DNA from: Promethearchaeota archaeon
Lineage (GTDB): Archaea; Asgardarchaeota; Lokiarchaeia; Sigyniarchaeales; SOKP01
Assembly: GCA_016839705.1 (NCBI GenBank)
Contig: JAEOTR010000053.1
Location: forward strand, 37,878 to 101,877
Reading direction: 5' to 3'
Length of the DNA: 64,000 nt
In this document: one piece after another, positions 28,858 through 39,125 of the stretch
How the letters are laid out: every line of letters begins with the position of its first letter
How positions within the stretch are numbered: position 1 is the first letter of the stretch
Notes under the pieces: generated by a model
What the model was told of the DNA's origin: nothing
The model's input: the letters and a program-made list of their open reading frames with translations, nothing else
The model's database searches: none
Made by a program: the position numbers and the translations under genes

Positions 28858-30129
28858 TCATAGTAATAACATAGCTTTAAAGAATTTTGGACTTAGGGTA
28901 AGTTTTGAAAGAGTGGGAAGCATCCCAAACAATTTTTCTCCTACGTATCTATCATTAGATACTATATGTTTAGAAAGGTCGTGGTTTATATAAGCATCAT
29001 AGATGTATTTTCTACAAGTTTTATTCTCGCTTAATAATTTTGTGTATAGGTTCCACAAAGACTTTACAGAGGAACTCTCATTGTAGATTAAATATTCAAA
29101 GGCATTACCATTCTTAAAGTAGGTCATCAGAACACGATTTACTTCTTTATCATATTCTTGGAGTTCAACTCTACTAAAATTACTTCCTTTTTCGAATAAT
29201 GGCTTTAAAGTTTTAGCAGCGATATCCGCACATGCAACCCCTGGTAATAATCCTTCATAAAAGAACGCCGATACAATACCCGCAGCTTCCCCTAGAATAA
29301 GAACACGATCATTCGAGTACTTTTTTATTGGATGTTTGGATATTTCACCCACTATGGCATCTGATATATTGTAGGTTAATCCGTCTACGAACGATTGTAT
29401 AGGTTTATAATTTTTTAATATTCTCTCTAGTTTTGAAATAATTTCTTCCTTAGATTGATTTTTCTCACCCAAATACCCTGCGGAAATTCTTTCAACTCCC
29501 TTATTAAAGAAAAAGGGTCCATTTTTGCTTATTTTCGGATTTATATGAAAGGTATAATTCCATCTCAGATTCTCATTGATTTTAGTTTCATCCCCAAAAA
29601 GGTGGAGATATACTCCTATATAGGAATCAGGGACTCCAAAACCAAGTGATCGTTGTAACTCAAAGCCTCGTGATCCAGTTGCCAAAATTAATAATTTTGA
29701 GGTGTAAGATTCTCCCTTGGTGTTAATTAGTTCTAAGTGATCATTATATCGATTAATTTTTGATATTCTTTCGTTTGATTTGAAGGTCCCACCATGGGAT
29801 TCGAGCTGAGTTATTAAGTATTGAATCAGATTTTCTGTATAACTTACATTTCCTAAAGGAATTCCAAATTCTTTAGAATCAATAACGCCATTAAACTCAT
29901 CACTCATGTAATTTGAAGTAGTATGGGGATTTGGAAAAATTTTTTTATTATTCCAATCAAGCTCTTCTTTAACGAATGGTTTATTATGTTCAGGGAAAAT
30001 GTTTGTCCTTATAGGTATCTCTTTTTGATAATCTTGAGCTTCTATAAGCATTGTTTTGGCGTATTTTGAAATTTTAGATGCAAAAGTTACACCTGATACT
30101 CCAGCGCCAATAATTATAACATCATACAT
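28858..30129 (-). CDS. Geranylgeranyl reductase-like FAD-dependent oxidoreductase
   Basis: YDVIIIGAGVSG, ILATG, RVLILGEAAG..SAFFYEGL. Confidence 0.78.
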   Translation of the reverse strand: MYDVIIIGAGVSGVTFASKISKYAKTMLIEAQDYQKEIPIRTNIFPEHNKPFVKEELDWNNKKIFPNPHTTSNYMSDEFNGVIDSKEFGIPLGNVSYTENLIQYLITQLESHGGTFKSNERISKINRYNDHLELINTKGESYTSKLLILATGSRGFELQRSLGFGVPDSYIGVYLHLFGDETKINENLRWNYTFHINPKISKNGPFFFNKGVERISAGYLGEKNQSKEEIISKLERILKNYKPIQSFVDGLTYNISDAIVGEISKHPIKKYSNDRVLILGEAAGIVSAFFYEGLLPGVACADIAAKTLKPLFEKGSNFSRVELQEYDKEVNRVLMTYFKNGNAFEYLIYNESSSVKSLWNLYTKLLSENKTCRKYIYDAYINHDLSKHIVSNDRYVGEKLFGMLPTLSKLTLSPKFFKAMLLL

Positions 30130-30252
30130 GATAAATCAATATAAAATCATGAATAGAACTACATAGAATAATACTATTTTAATTTTTAATTTTTAGAATT
30201 ATAGTTTTTGTGGTTTTTAGTTGAATTTAATATCAAAAAAATCTAGCTTTTT

Positions 30253-31011
30253 TTAAATTATATTGATGATCTTTTTAGCAATTTTATCTAGATTTAATTC
30301 TGCCATTCCTAACGGCACAGTATTATCATAAAGAACGACAATTAATAATGGATCTAATTTCCAAGGAATATCAATTATTTTGGAAACTACTTTTTGTCCA
30401 TTTTCTAAACGACTATACATTTCCGGTAAGGTCAATGTCCCGACTCTATATCTAATTTCTAATTCTTTAAGAGAATTTACAAGGATCTCATTTGGGAGTG
30501 AAGTGTAAATAACATTTCCCTTTGTTGAGAGAAGAGCTGCTCCAACTATCTCATTTTCATACATTAATTCTTTAAACACATCAATAACTTTCTGAAAAAA
30601 AACTTTACTTAGATAGATCTCTTCTTCTCCTGTAATTATCGAATCGACAAATTCATCAAATTTAGGTTCTTCTATCTGCTCGTAATCTTTTACTTTGCTT
30701 ATATCTGGGAAAAAATCAAGAAATTCATCCATTATTCTTGATAGACGAGAGTTTACAAATAATAGGCTTGCACTAGAATCTGAAAGGATTGTGAAGATTA
30801 AATCTTCTTGTATTGTAAATACAAATCTTAATTCGCTCATCTCCAGAACTTCCGGAGTTTTTTTCATAATCACATTCTCGGAAAAGGAAAAAATTGCAGA
30901 AAAAAATGGTGTAATTAAGTTTACTTCGAGGTTTTCAAAATCATTTGTGAAATTTCTGCTATAGATACAAATTCCAGTTTTTTTCAGGATAAATAGCGAA
31001 TGAATTTTCAT
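30253..31011 (-). CDS. Longin-like + roadblock-like two-domain protein
   Basis: N-terminal IHSLFILKKTGICIYSRNF...LITPFFSAIFSFS (longin pattern); C-terminal IVGAALLSTKGNVIYTSL (roadblock/profilin pattern). Confidence 0.75.
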   Translation of the reverse strand: MKIHSLFILKKTGICIYSRNFTNDFENLEVNLITPFFSAIFSFSENVIMKKTPEVLEMSELRFVFTIQEDLIFTILSDSSASLLFVNSRLSRIMDEFLDFFPDISKVKDYEQIEEPKFDEFVDSIITGEEEIYLSKVFFQKVIDVFKELMYENEIVGAALLSTKGNVIYTSLPNEILVNSLKELEIRYRVGTLTLPEMYSRLENGQKVVSKIIDIPWKLDPLLIVVLYDNTVPLGMAELNLDKIAKKIINII

Positions 31012-31228
31012 TAAGATTGATACCTAAATACTCCTATAAATTAATTTAAAGGATTTTAGTCTTATAAGTATTGTCAATGATAAGATTGATTTAATTCATC
31101 GATTTTATTCTCAGTTTAGTTATTTTTAAAAATTCATTCCTATAACGTGAATTTTTATTCATAATCCAGATCTTTAAATAAAAATTCTTATTTCTTTTAA
31201 TAAAGAAGGGTACGAAAGATCGATTGAT

Positions 31229-31630
31229 ATGTCTGATAATGAATTAGAAAAGATACGACAGAGAAAAGCAGAAATGCTAATGAGAATGCAAAGTATGCCA
31301 ACCGGGATTATAACCATTAATACTGAACAAGATTTAAAAAGATTAACAGATGAGTTTAACGACAAAATTATAATTATCGATTTTTGGGCAGTATGGTGCT
31401 CACCTTGTAAAATTTTTGCTCCAATTTTCGAGAAATTACAGCAGGAATATTATAAGGACTTCATATTTGCGAAAATCAATGTAGATGAGAATCCCCTAAT
31501 TGCTCAATATTATGGAATCTCTTCAATTCCGACAACTCTCCTTTTAAAAGATGGTCAAGCCCTGCGTAAATTCGTGGGAGTCATGAATTATCCATCAATG
31601 AAACAAATTCTTGAAAAATTGAAATTTTAA
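31229..31630 (+). CDS. trxA: Thioredoxin
   Basis: DFWAVWCSPCK, KINVDE, SIPT; archaeal N-terminal helix DNELEKIRQRK. Confidence 0.92.
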   Translation: MSDNELEKIRQRKAEMLMRMQSMPTGIITINTEQDLKRLTDEFNDKIIIIDFWAVWCSPCKIFAPIFEKLQQEYYKDFIFAKINVDENPLIAQYYGISSIPTTLLLKDGQALRKFVGVMNYPSMKQILEKLKF

Positions 31631-31652
31631 ATATCCAAAGTTAGTAATATTA

Positions 31653-31874
31653 TTATCTCCACGCAAAATGATGTAAGATGGCATTATAGGGGCATGTGTC
31701 TTGACATGCTCCACATTCAATGCACTCAACTATATTTTCAGCATTTACTTTTCCCTCAAGAATTATATAAACTTCAGCAGGGCATACATTCACACATTCT
31801 TCTGAAGCTTCGCAGAGATCCAAGTCGATCTCTACCCAATTATCATTATCTTCCCATTTTTTTACGTTTGACAT
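31653..31874 (-). CDS. Dicluster ferredoxin (probably 3Fe-4S + 4Fe-4S)
   Basis: CEASEECVNVCP and CIECGACQDTCP. Confidence 0.88.
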   Translation of the reverse strand: MSNVKKWEDNDNWVEIDLDLCEASEECVNVCPAEVYIILEGKVNAENIVECIECGACQDTCPYNAILHHFAWR

Positions 31875-31964
31875 TTTACTAAATTATTGTAGGTGTTATT
31901 CAGAATTAAAAAGCAATAGAATAATTATTATAATAATATTATATTTCACTATTAAATAATAAAA

Positions 31965-33095
31965 GTGATGGAAATGGAATTAAAAACTTTATTTAGCCCT
32001 GAGAAAATAGGAAATGTGGAAATTAAGAATAGAATAGTTCGTTCTGCAACGTATACTCACGCTGCGACAGGGGATGGTCATGTTTCTGACCTATTGATTA
32101 AATATCATACTGATTTAGCTAAAGGAGGGGTTGGGCTAATCATAACAGGTATTACAACTATAGATAAAGTAGGAACAATAAGTCCTGGTCAAACCTGTTT
32201 ATATGATGATTCTTATATTGAAGGTCATAAAAGAATGGTCGATGCTGTTCATGAATATTCTGATGTAAAAATTGCTCCTCAATTGAGTCATTCTGGTCGT
32301 CAAGGTATAACTGCTATTGCTCCTTCTGCGATAATATTTAAAGAAGACGATAGAATGCCAAAAGAGCTAACGAATGAAGATTTGAAAGAAGTTATCAAAA
32401 ATTTCATAGATGCAGGTCGGCGAGCATATGAAAGTGGATATGATCTTCTAACTCTCAATGCTGCTCACGGATGGCTATTATGTAATTTTTTATCACCTTT
32501 TACAAATAAACGTTCGGATGAGTATGGTGGCAATACCCAGAATAGAATGAGGATCTTAGTGGAAATTTATAATGGAATCGTAGATGAGGTTGGTAAGAAT
32601 TTTCCTATAGTTGTTAAATTACAAACTCAAGACTTTGTTGATGATGGTTTAAAGCTAGCAGAGGGAAAAATAATTGCAAAAGAACTTGTAGATCTAGGAT
32701 TCGCTGCTATTGAACCAAGTGGGGGTTCAGCTGAAGTATCAAGATTATTTAAAATACGTTACCCGGCACCTAGAGTTCAATCTCAGGATGATGAGAATTA
32801 CTTCCTGCCAGCTGTGAAGGAATTGAAACCCATCATGAAAGATAGTAAAATAATTCTCATGGGAGGGGTAAGAAATCCAGTAACTGCTGAGAAGCTTCTT
32901 CAAGAGAACATTATAGATTTTATCGCATTGAGCAGGCCCTTAATTTGTGAACCAGATCTTCCAAATAGATGGAAAAATGACGATCTTACACCCCCGCTTT
33001 GTAATAGTTGCAATTCGTGCTTTTTTAGTACAGGAACGGGCTCAGTTACCTGCACAGTTAAAGAAAAACTAATTCAAGAAAGATTGAATAAATAG
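31965..33095 (+). CDS. NADH:flavin oxidoreductase (OYE family), paralog 1
   Basis: KNRIVRSAT, NAAHGWLL, FLSP.TNKR.DEYGG, SRPLI.EPDLP, C-terminal CxxCxxC...C. Confidence 0.9.
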   Translation: MMEMELKTLFSPEKIGNVEIKNRIVRSATYTHAATGDGHVSDLLIKYHTDLAKGGVGLIITGITTIDKVGTISPGQTCLYDDSYIEGHKRMVDAVHEYSDVKIAPQLSHSGRQGITAIAPSAIIFKEDDRMPKELTNEDLKEVIKNFIDAGRRAYESGYDLLTLNAAHGWLLCNFLSPFTNKRSDEYGGNTQNRMRILVEIYNGIVDEVGKNFPIVVKLQTQDFVDDGLKLAEGKIIAKELVDLGFAAIEPSGGSAEVSRLFKIRYPAPRVQSQDDENYFLPAVKELKPIMKDSKIILMGGVRNPVTAEKLLQENIIDFIALSRPLICEPDLPNRWKNDDLTPPLCNSCNSCFFSTGTGSVTCTVKEKLIQERLNK

Positions 33096-33202
33096 AAATC
33101 TTCTTTTTTTCACCTTATATAATAATAAATTTAATAATTTGGGCATAATTACTCTCTAAGAATAATTTACTCTTAAAAAACAATTTAAACCGTGAATGTA
33201 AA

Positions 33203-34324
33203 TTGGAGTTAAAAACTCTCTTTAGTCCTAAAAAAATAGGAAATGTTCAGATTAAAAATCGAATTGTACGTTCAGCCACCTTTATGCATATAGCAGAAAA
33301 ATATGGTTTTATTGGAGATCGATATCTTAAGGTGTATGATGAATTAGCAAAGGGAGGCACTGGATTAATTATTACAGGAGCAGTAGCCGTAGATCCCACT
33401 GGTACAGGTGGTCCCTACCAAGTTTGTTTGTATGAAGATTCTCATATGGCAGGGCATAAAAAATTAGTTGATACCGTACATGAATATGACGGAACAAAAA
33501 TCGCCTCTCAAATTCAGCATATTGGCCGTGTAGGAGTCCACCCTAAATATCAAACAATCGCTCCTTCACCAGTACCATATAAAATTACAGGAATTACACC
33601 CCGAGAATTGACAACTGAAGAAGTCAAGGAATATATTGAAAAATTTGTTAAGACAGGGATAAGAGCATATGAGTGTGGATATGATCTTGTGCAACTTCAT
33701 GGTGCGCACGGTTATTTTCTAACGAACTTCCTTTCCCCATATACAAACCTACGTAGCGATGAATATGGTGGAACTACCGAAAAAAGAACTAATATCCTAA
33801 GAGATATATATAATGGAATCAAGGATGAAGTTGGAAAACAATTTCCAGTAATTATTAAATTTCAGTCTCAAGATTTTATTCCTAATGGTATAAACGAAGA
33901 TGAAGGGATTAAAATTGCTAAGAACCTATCAAAGATTGGCTTTGATGCTGTAGAACCCAGTGGTGGTGGGGCAGAATCTATATTGTATACTAAAGGTAAT
34001 ATTACCAGTAAAGTAGTAAAAAAAGAAGAAGATGAGAATTATTTCTTGCCATTTGCAAAAAAGATCAAACCAATATTAAAAGATTGTGCTTTAATCCTTG
34101 TAGGAGGAATTCGAAATCCAGTTGTTGCTGATAAAATATTAACGGATGGTGATGCTGATTTTATATCGCTATGTAGACCATTAATTTATGAACCTGATCT
34201 TCCCAATCGCTGGAAGAGTGGGGATACTACACCCCCTAAATGTATCAGCTGCAATTCATGCTTTACCACGATGGAAAAGGGACCAGTATATTGTGTAACT
34301 AAAAAAAATTTAGAAAAAAACTAA
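33203..34324 (+). CDS. NADH:flavin oxidoreductase (OYE family), paralog 2
   Basis: HGAHGYFL, FLSPYTN.R.DEYGG, CISCNSC...C. Confidence 0.92.
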   Translation: MELKTLFSPKKIGNVQIKNRIVRSATFMHIAEKYGFIGDRYLKVYDELAKGGTGLIITGAVAVDPTGTGGPYQVCLYEDSHMAGHKKLVDTVHEYDGTKIASQIQHIGRVGVHPKYQTIAPSPVPYKITGITPRELTTEEVKEYIEKFVKTGIRAYECGYDLVQLHGAHGYFLTNFLSPYTNLRSDEYGGTTEKRTNILRDIYNGIKDEVGKQFPVIIKFQSQDFIPNGINEDEGIKIAKNLSKIGFDAVEPSGGGAESILYTKGNITSKVVKKEEDENYFLPFAKKIKPILKDCALILVGGIRNPVVADKILTDGDADFISLCRPLIYEPDLPNRWKSGDTTPPKCISCNSCFTTMEKGPVYCVTKKNLEKN

Positions 34325-35457
34325 TGACGGAATTAAAAACACTATTTACCCCGCAAAAAATTGGAAGTGTAGAAATAAAGAATCGTATTGTTAGATCGGC
34401 TACTTTTGAGCATAGAGCTGAAAAATATGGATATGTTGGTCAGAAAATACTCGATTTTTATAGTGAATTAGCACTTGGTGGAACGGGTTTAATTATCACG
34501 GGATTTACCGCAATAGATCCAAGTGGAACAGGAAGTCCATATCAACTTCGATTGGATAATGATTCTTATATCCCAGGACACAAAAAGTTAGTTTATATGG
34601 TTCATAATCAATCGGATGCTAAACTTGCTATACAGATTGTTCATTTGGGGAGACAATGTGAGCATCCAAAATATCCTCCTATCGCACCTTCTCCGATTCC
34701 AGAAAAAACAACAGGATTAACCCCTAAAGAATTAAGTGTTGAAGAAATTTACGAATTAGTTAAAAAATTTAAAGAAACATCTATTCGAGCTTATGAATGT
34801 GGGTATGATATGGTCCAACTCCATGCATCCCATGGGTATCTTCTAAGTAATTTTGTGTCACCTTATACAAATAAACGAAAGGATGAATTTGGGGGAAGCA
34901 TAAAAAATATGGCTAGAATTCTTGTAGAAATCTTCCATCAAACCAGAGATGAGCTTGGGAAAAAGTTCCCTATCACTATCAAACTCCAAACTGAGGATTC
35001 AGTACCGGGGGGACTTACATTAGAGACGAGTTCAAAAATTGCAGAGATTCTTGCTGAGACAGGTTATGAGGCGATTGAACCTAGTGGTGGGATTTATGAG
35101 AGTCAATTAACCAATAGTAATACTTATCCATGTAAAATAGTTAAATCAACTGAGGATGAAAACTATTTTTTACCTACTGCTAAAGTAATAAAACCGTTAA
35201 TAAAAAAGTCAAAATTGATTTTAGTTGGGGGCATAAAAAACCCAGTCTCAGCAGAAAAGATACTAATTAATAAACACGCAGATTTTATTTCATTGTGTCG
35301 TCCTTTGATATATGAACCTGATTTACCTAATCGCTGGAAAAGTGGTGATATTTCTCCAGCAAAATGCATAAGTTGTAATTCTTGCTTAGTGCAAATGAGA
35401 ATAGGTCCAGTATATTGTGTAACCAAACAAAACTTAGAAAAGAAGAAACAAAATTAA
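34324..35457 (+). CDS. NADH:flavin oxidoreductase (OYE family), paralog 3
   Basis: HASHGYLL, SPYTNKR.DEFGG, CISCNSC...C; TAATG coupling to paralog 2. Confidence 0.92.
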   Translation: MTELKTLFTPQKIGSVEIKNRIVRSATFEHRAEKYGYVGQKILDFYSELALGGTGLIITGFTAIDPSGTGSPYQLRLDNDSYIPGHKKLVYMVHNQSDAKLAIQIVHLGRQCEHPKYPPIAPSPIPEKTTGLTPKELSVEEIYELVKKFKETSIRAYECGYDMVQLHASHGYLLSNFVSPYTNKRKDEFGGSIKNMARILVEIFHQTRDELGKKFPITIKLQTEDSVPGGLTLETSSKIAEILAETGYEAIEPSGGIYESQLTNSNTYPCKIVKSTEDENYFLPTAKVIKPLIKKSKLILVGGIKNPVSAEKILINKHADFISLCRPLIYEPDLPNRWKSGDISPAKCISCNSCLVQMRIGPVYCVTKQNLEKKKQN

Positions 35458-35525
35458 CACATCGTTAAAAAACATTTATATACAGTTATATCCAACTTTC
35501 TAATATCAGTAATAAAATCCACGGG

Positions 35526-37391
35526 ATGAATATGAAACCAAAAGATATTATTATTAGAATAGTCACTGCTCTTGTTATAGCTATTTTTATGTTATATGGT
35601 GGTTTAGTGTTGTGTCATTTTCTAACTTATAGCATGGTAGATGTGGAGTTATTAGAACAACAAATGGTTATGTCTCTTTTAAGTCCAGGTCCAATCACAC
35701 AAGAAAATTATGATAATATGTTAGAAGTAGTTGTAGAAATATTGGATGGATGGGGATTCTATGATCCATGGGATGTTCAATTTGGAAAATATTTAAACAA
35801 GATGTTTACTGGGGATTGGCATGATTCTTATGCACTTTTAAGGGGAGAAAAAGTGTCTATACTAATTACACCAGCAATTTTCCGAATGATTGAAGTTATG
35901 ATATTACCAATTATCCTTGGGGTAACGATTGGAATTATCTTAGGAAGAATATCAAAAAGAAATAGACATAAATGGAAGGATCAGGTTATTCAAATATTTA
36001 CCATGATCGGGTTATCAGTACCAGTATTTTTTCTGGGAATTTTTTTTCAGTATAATTTCTCATATCAATCTGGTGTGTTTGATGCAATTGGATATAAAAG
36101 TTCTACCTTATTAGATCCTCCTTTCAAAACGGGTTTCATGATATTGGATTCAATTTTAGATGGAAACTGGAATTTAGCTTTTGATATTACGGGACATTAT
36201 ATTTTACCAACTAGCGTTTTGACTATAGCAATTATTGCTCTTGTGACGAGACTCACACGTTCTAGACAGCGTTTTAGCTCAACTTTTACAAATACACTAG
36301 TAATAGGTTTCAATTTTGGATTAATTTTTGCTTATACCCTTGTGATAGATATTGTATTTACTATATCGGGAATAAGTGGGTTATTTTTGCAATCATTCTT
36401 CCAACTAGATTTTTTCGTATTGTTCCCAGTAGTATTTTTATTTATATTTATTTTCGTTATAGGTATATTTATTCTAAATATTGTTATTTTAATTATTGGA
36501 ATCCCATCAGAGGAGCAAAAAATTGAAGTAAGTTCTACAAGAAATCCCTTGAACTACAAATCACCAATAATGATAATTGGACTGTTTCTAACAGGTGTTA
36601 TGATTGTTATCACATTAGTTCCCGAATGGATTTCAGGATTCTCTATGGGTGCAGCTAAAGCGCCAGCACCAGGGGCATGGGATCCGCCATCTGCAAGTCA
36701 TCTCTTAGGTCAAACTGTTTTAGGGGGTGATGTATTAGCTATTATTATATGGGGGACTCACGATGCTGTACTGTTTGGATTAGGGGCAGTGTTGATTGGA
36801 TTGATAGGAGGAGCGATATTTGGTGTTGTTGCTAGCTTACACCGATGGATATGTAAAGGAATAATGGGATTAATGATAATTTTTTATCTTCTTCCTGGTT
36901 TTCTTATATTAGTTTTAGTAATTATGGTATTTCTACTTCCTCAACCAAATTATTGGATATTAATGCTAATTTCCGGAATTCTAATGATCCCTATTTTTAC
37001 TAGAGTAATGAAAAATATAATGGTGTATAAGATTTACAAAGCAAGGAGGATTATCAGTTATATCTGCCTATACACTGTACCTACAATCTTAATTTATGAA
37101 TCCCTAGGTTTTTTTGGATTCTTTCAGAATTCAGAAAGAATTAACTTAGGAAATTATTTACTTTTAGCAAAATATCACTTCACTGCACCTCATGCTATTT
37201 TTTGGCCTGGTTTTGCTATTGTTATAATGGCACTTGGATTTCTGATTTTACATTTTGAATTTCAAGATTCTATGAGAGAGGACCCTATACTTTCGCTGAA
37301 GGAAGGAAGTTTTTTTCAAAAAATCAAAACATATTTGAGTAAGTTTAAAAGGAAAGGTGAGAAAAATATCACATTATCAGATAGTGCTTAA
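35526..37391 (+). CDS. Fused DppB/DppC-like ABC permease (divergent)
   Basis: First half: QFGKYL.KMFTGDW, GLSVPVFFLG, TGFMILDSIL.G, HYILP; second half: PPSASHLLGQT.LG.DVL.IIIWG. Confidence 0.8.
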   Translation: MNMKPKDIIIRIVTALVIAIFMLYGGLVLCHFLTYSMVDVELLEQQMVMSLLSPGPITQENYDNMLEVVVEILDGWGFYDPWDVQFGKYLNKMFTGDWHDSYALLRGEKVSILITPAIFRMIEVMILPIILGVTIGIILGRISKRNRHKWKDQVIQIFTMIGLSVPVFFLGIFFQYNFSYQSGVFDAIGYKSSTLLDPPFKTGFMILDSILDGNWNLAFDITGHYILPTSVLTIAIIALVTRLTRSRQRFSSTFTNTLVIGFNFGLIFAYTLVIDIVFTISGISGLFLQSFFQLDFFVLFPVVFLFIFIFVIGIFILNIVILIIGIPSEEQKIEVSSTRNPLNYKSPIMIIGLFLTGVMIVITLVPEWISGFSMGAAKAPAPGAWDPPSASHLLGQTVLGGDVLAIIIWGTHDAVLFGLGAVLIGLIGGAIFGVVASLHRWICKGIMGLMIIFYLLPGFLILVLVIMVFLLPQPNYWILMLISGILMIPIFTRVMKNIMVYKIYKARRIISYICLYTVPTILIYESLGFFGFFQNSERINLGNYLLLAKYHFTAPHAIFWPGFAIVIMALGFLILHFEFQDSMREDPILSLKEGSFFQKIKTYLSKFKRKGEKNITLSDSA

Positions 37392-37487
37392 TTATATGAT
37401 ATTTTCTATCTTTCTCTATTTTCTAACACAATAAATTCTTTATATAATGTCTCTTAGATTTAACTAAAAAACCATACGAAAAGAATT

Positions 37488-38399
37488 ATGAGTAAAAGTG
37501 CATATACTGACCATCTGTTTCAATTTCGCTCTGTCGAACGAAGAAGATTAATCCTATCTCTGATAATTACTATAGTTGTAATGATAGTGGAAATTATTGG
37601 TGGAATTATGACTAATAGCATTGCTTTACTTAGCGATGCAGGTCATATGTTTACCCATGCTTTCGCTATTAGCATAAGTTTATTAGCCAATTTAATTTCT
37701 AAAAAGCCACCTTGTCATCACAAAACTTTTGGGTTATATAGAGCAGAAGTTTTAGCCGCTTTTATTAATGGTTTATTTCTTGTACCCGTTGTAGGAATAA
37801 TCATTTATGAAGCAATCCTTCGATTTTTAAATCCCCAAGAAATATTTGGTTTTTATATGCTTATTGTAGCCATTATTGGATTATTTGTAAACTTAACTAG
37901 CATTTTAATACTACAGGGCAGTCAAAAGACCAGTTTAAATGTTCGAAGTGTTTTTTACCATATGATAGCTGATGCTGCTTCTTCGATCGGAATTGTGATT
38001 GTCGCCTTTATTATCATGTCTACAGGGATCGTAATACTTGACCCCCTTGTAAGTTTAGGTATATCTGTTGTAATATTATATTGGTCATGGGGAATCTTAA
38101 GAGATTCAACCCGAATACTGCTTGAGATGTCTCCGAAAGGAATGAATATAGACACAATTAGCGAAGATTTAAAAAATAATTTTCTAGAAATTATTGAGGT
38201 GGATGATGCCCATCTCTGGACGATTATTCCCGACATGCTTTTATATTCAGCCCACATTAGACTAAAAGAAGAAGAAATAAAAATTAATCATCAAGATTTA
38301 ATTTTAAGTGTAAACGAGTTTTTATCCGATAAATATAAAATCCTTGAATCTACCATACAGATCTTACCGAAGGACGTAATAAAGTCATGTAATTTCTAG
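37488..38399 (+). CDS. Cation diffusion facilitator (CDF) metal exporter
   Basis: NSIALLSDAGHMFTH, TFG.YRAEVLAAFING, HMIAD, DPL.S, HLWT. Confidence 0.93.
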   Translation: MSKSAYTDHLFQFRSVERRRLILSLIITIVVMIVEIIGGIMTNSIALLSDAGHMFTHAFAISISLLANLISKKPPCHHKTFGLYRAEVLAAFINGLFLVPVVGIIIYEAILRFLNPQEIFGFYMLIVAIIGLFVNLTSILILQGSQKTSLNVRSVFYHMIADAASSIGIVIVAFIIMSTGIVILDPLVSLGISVVILYWSWGILRDSTRILLEMSPKGMNIDTISEDLKNNFLEIIEVDDAHLWTIIPDMLLYSAHIRLKEEEIKINHQDLILSVNEFLSDKYKILESTIQILPKDVIKSCNF

Positions 38400-38490
38400 C
38401 TTTATCTATTTAAAAATATAAAAAAAACCTTTATATAATTTCAGAACCCAACTTTATTATCAAAAATAAATTTCGAATCAAAATCTAAAT

Positions 38491-38952
38491 GTGATCAAAA
38501 TGTCAGAAAATCGATCTTTAACTTTTTTTGTTGGAGCTTTAATAACAAGTGCTGTAGGTGCTATTCTACTCCTTGCTACTGATCTTGGAGGTTTCAACGG
38601 TTCTAATTATTATCTAGGAGTCTATCTATGGGGTGGAATAGGGTCATTCTCTGGAGTATATGGTATCCCAATATTATTGACGGCGTTTTTACTTCTCTAT
38701 TGTATGGCAATTTCTATATTAGTTCTTAAATTCCCCGAAAAAATTCCAGATAAAAAATATATTAAATATGGATTATACGCTGCTGCGGCTGCCTTTATTC
38801 TTACAATTATTAATGGGGCAATTTTTGCTATTGTAGCAACAGATGAGGAATGGTGGTGGTGGTTTGATGCAGGATTTTACGGGGGAGTCATTGGTGGATT
38901 GTTAACAGCAGTATTTTATTATATGGGTGAAAAGGAAGTAGTACTACCTTAA
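38491..38952 (+). CDS. Hypothetical 4-TM membrane protein
   Basis: Four hydrophobic helices; WWWWFDAGFYGG motif. Confidence 0.72.
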   Translation: MIKMSENRSLTFFVGALITSAVGAILLLATDLGGFNGSNYYLGVYLWGGIGSFSGVYGIPILLTAFLLLYCMAISILVLKFPEKIPDKKYIKYGLYAAAAAFILTIINGAIFAIVATDEEWWWWFDAGFYGGVIGGLLTAVFYYMGEKEVVLP

Positions 38953-39125
38953 AATCTTTTTTTTTATTTTATTAAACTGTACAAAAGACTTTTAAGGAAA
39001 ATAAGCTTCAATTTTTTTATCAAATTAAAACAAATTTGAAAGAAAAGCTAATTGTTAGAACTCTTTAAAAGTTTTTATACATGATTTCACTTCTTAAATT
39101 AATATTAGTTTTGGTTTGAAAATTT

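Noticed and set aside
38491-38952. Claudin/PMP22-like interpretation of the 4-TM protein
   Set aside because: Only the topology and a loose LW motif match; the conserved extracellular Cys pair is absent
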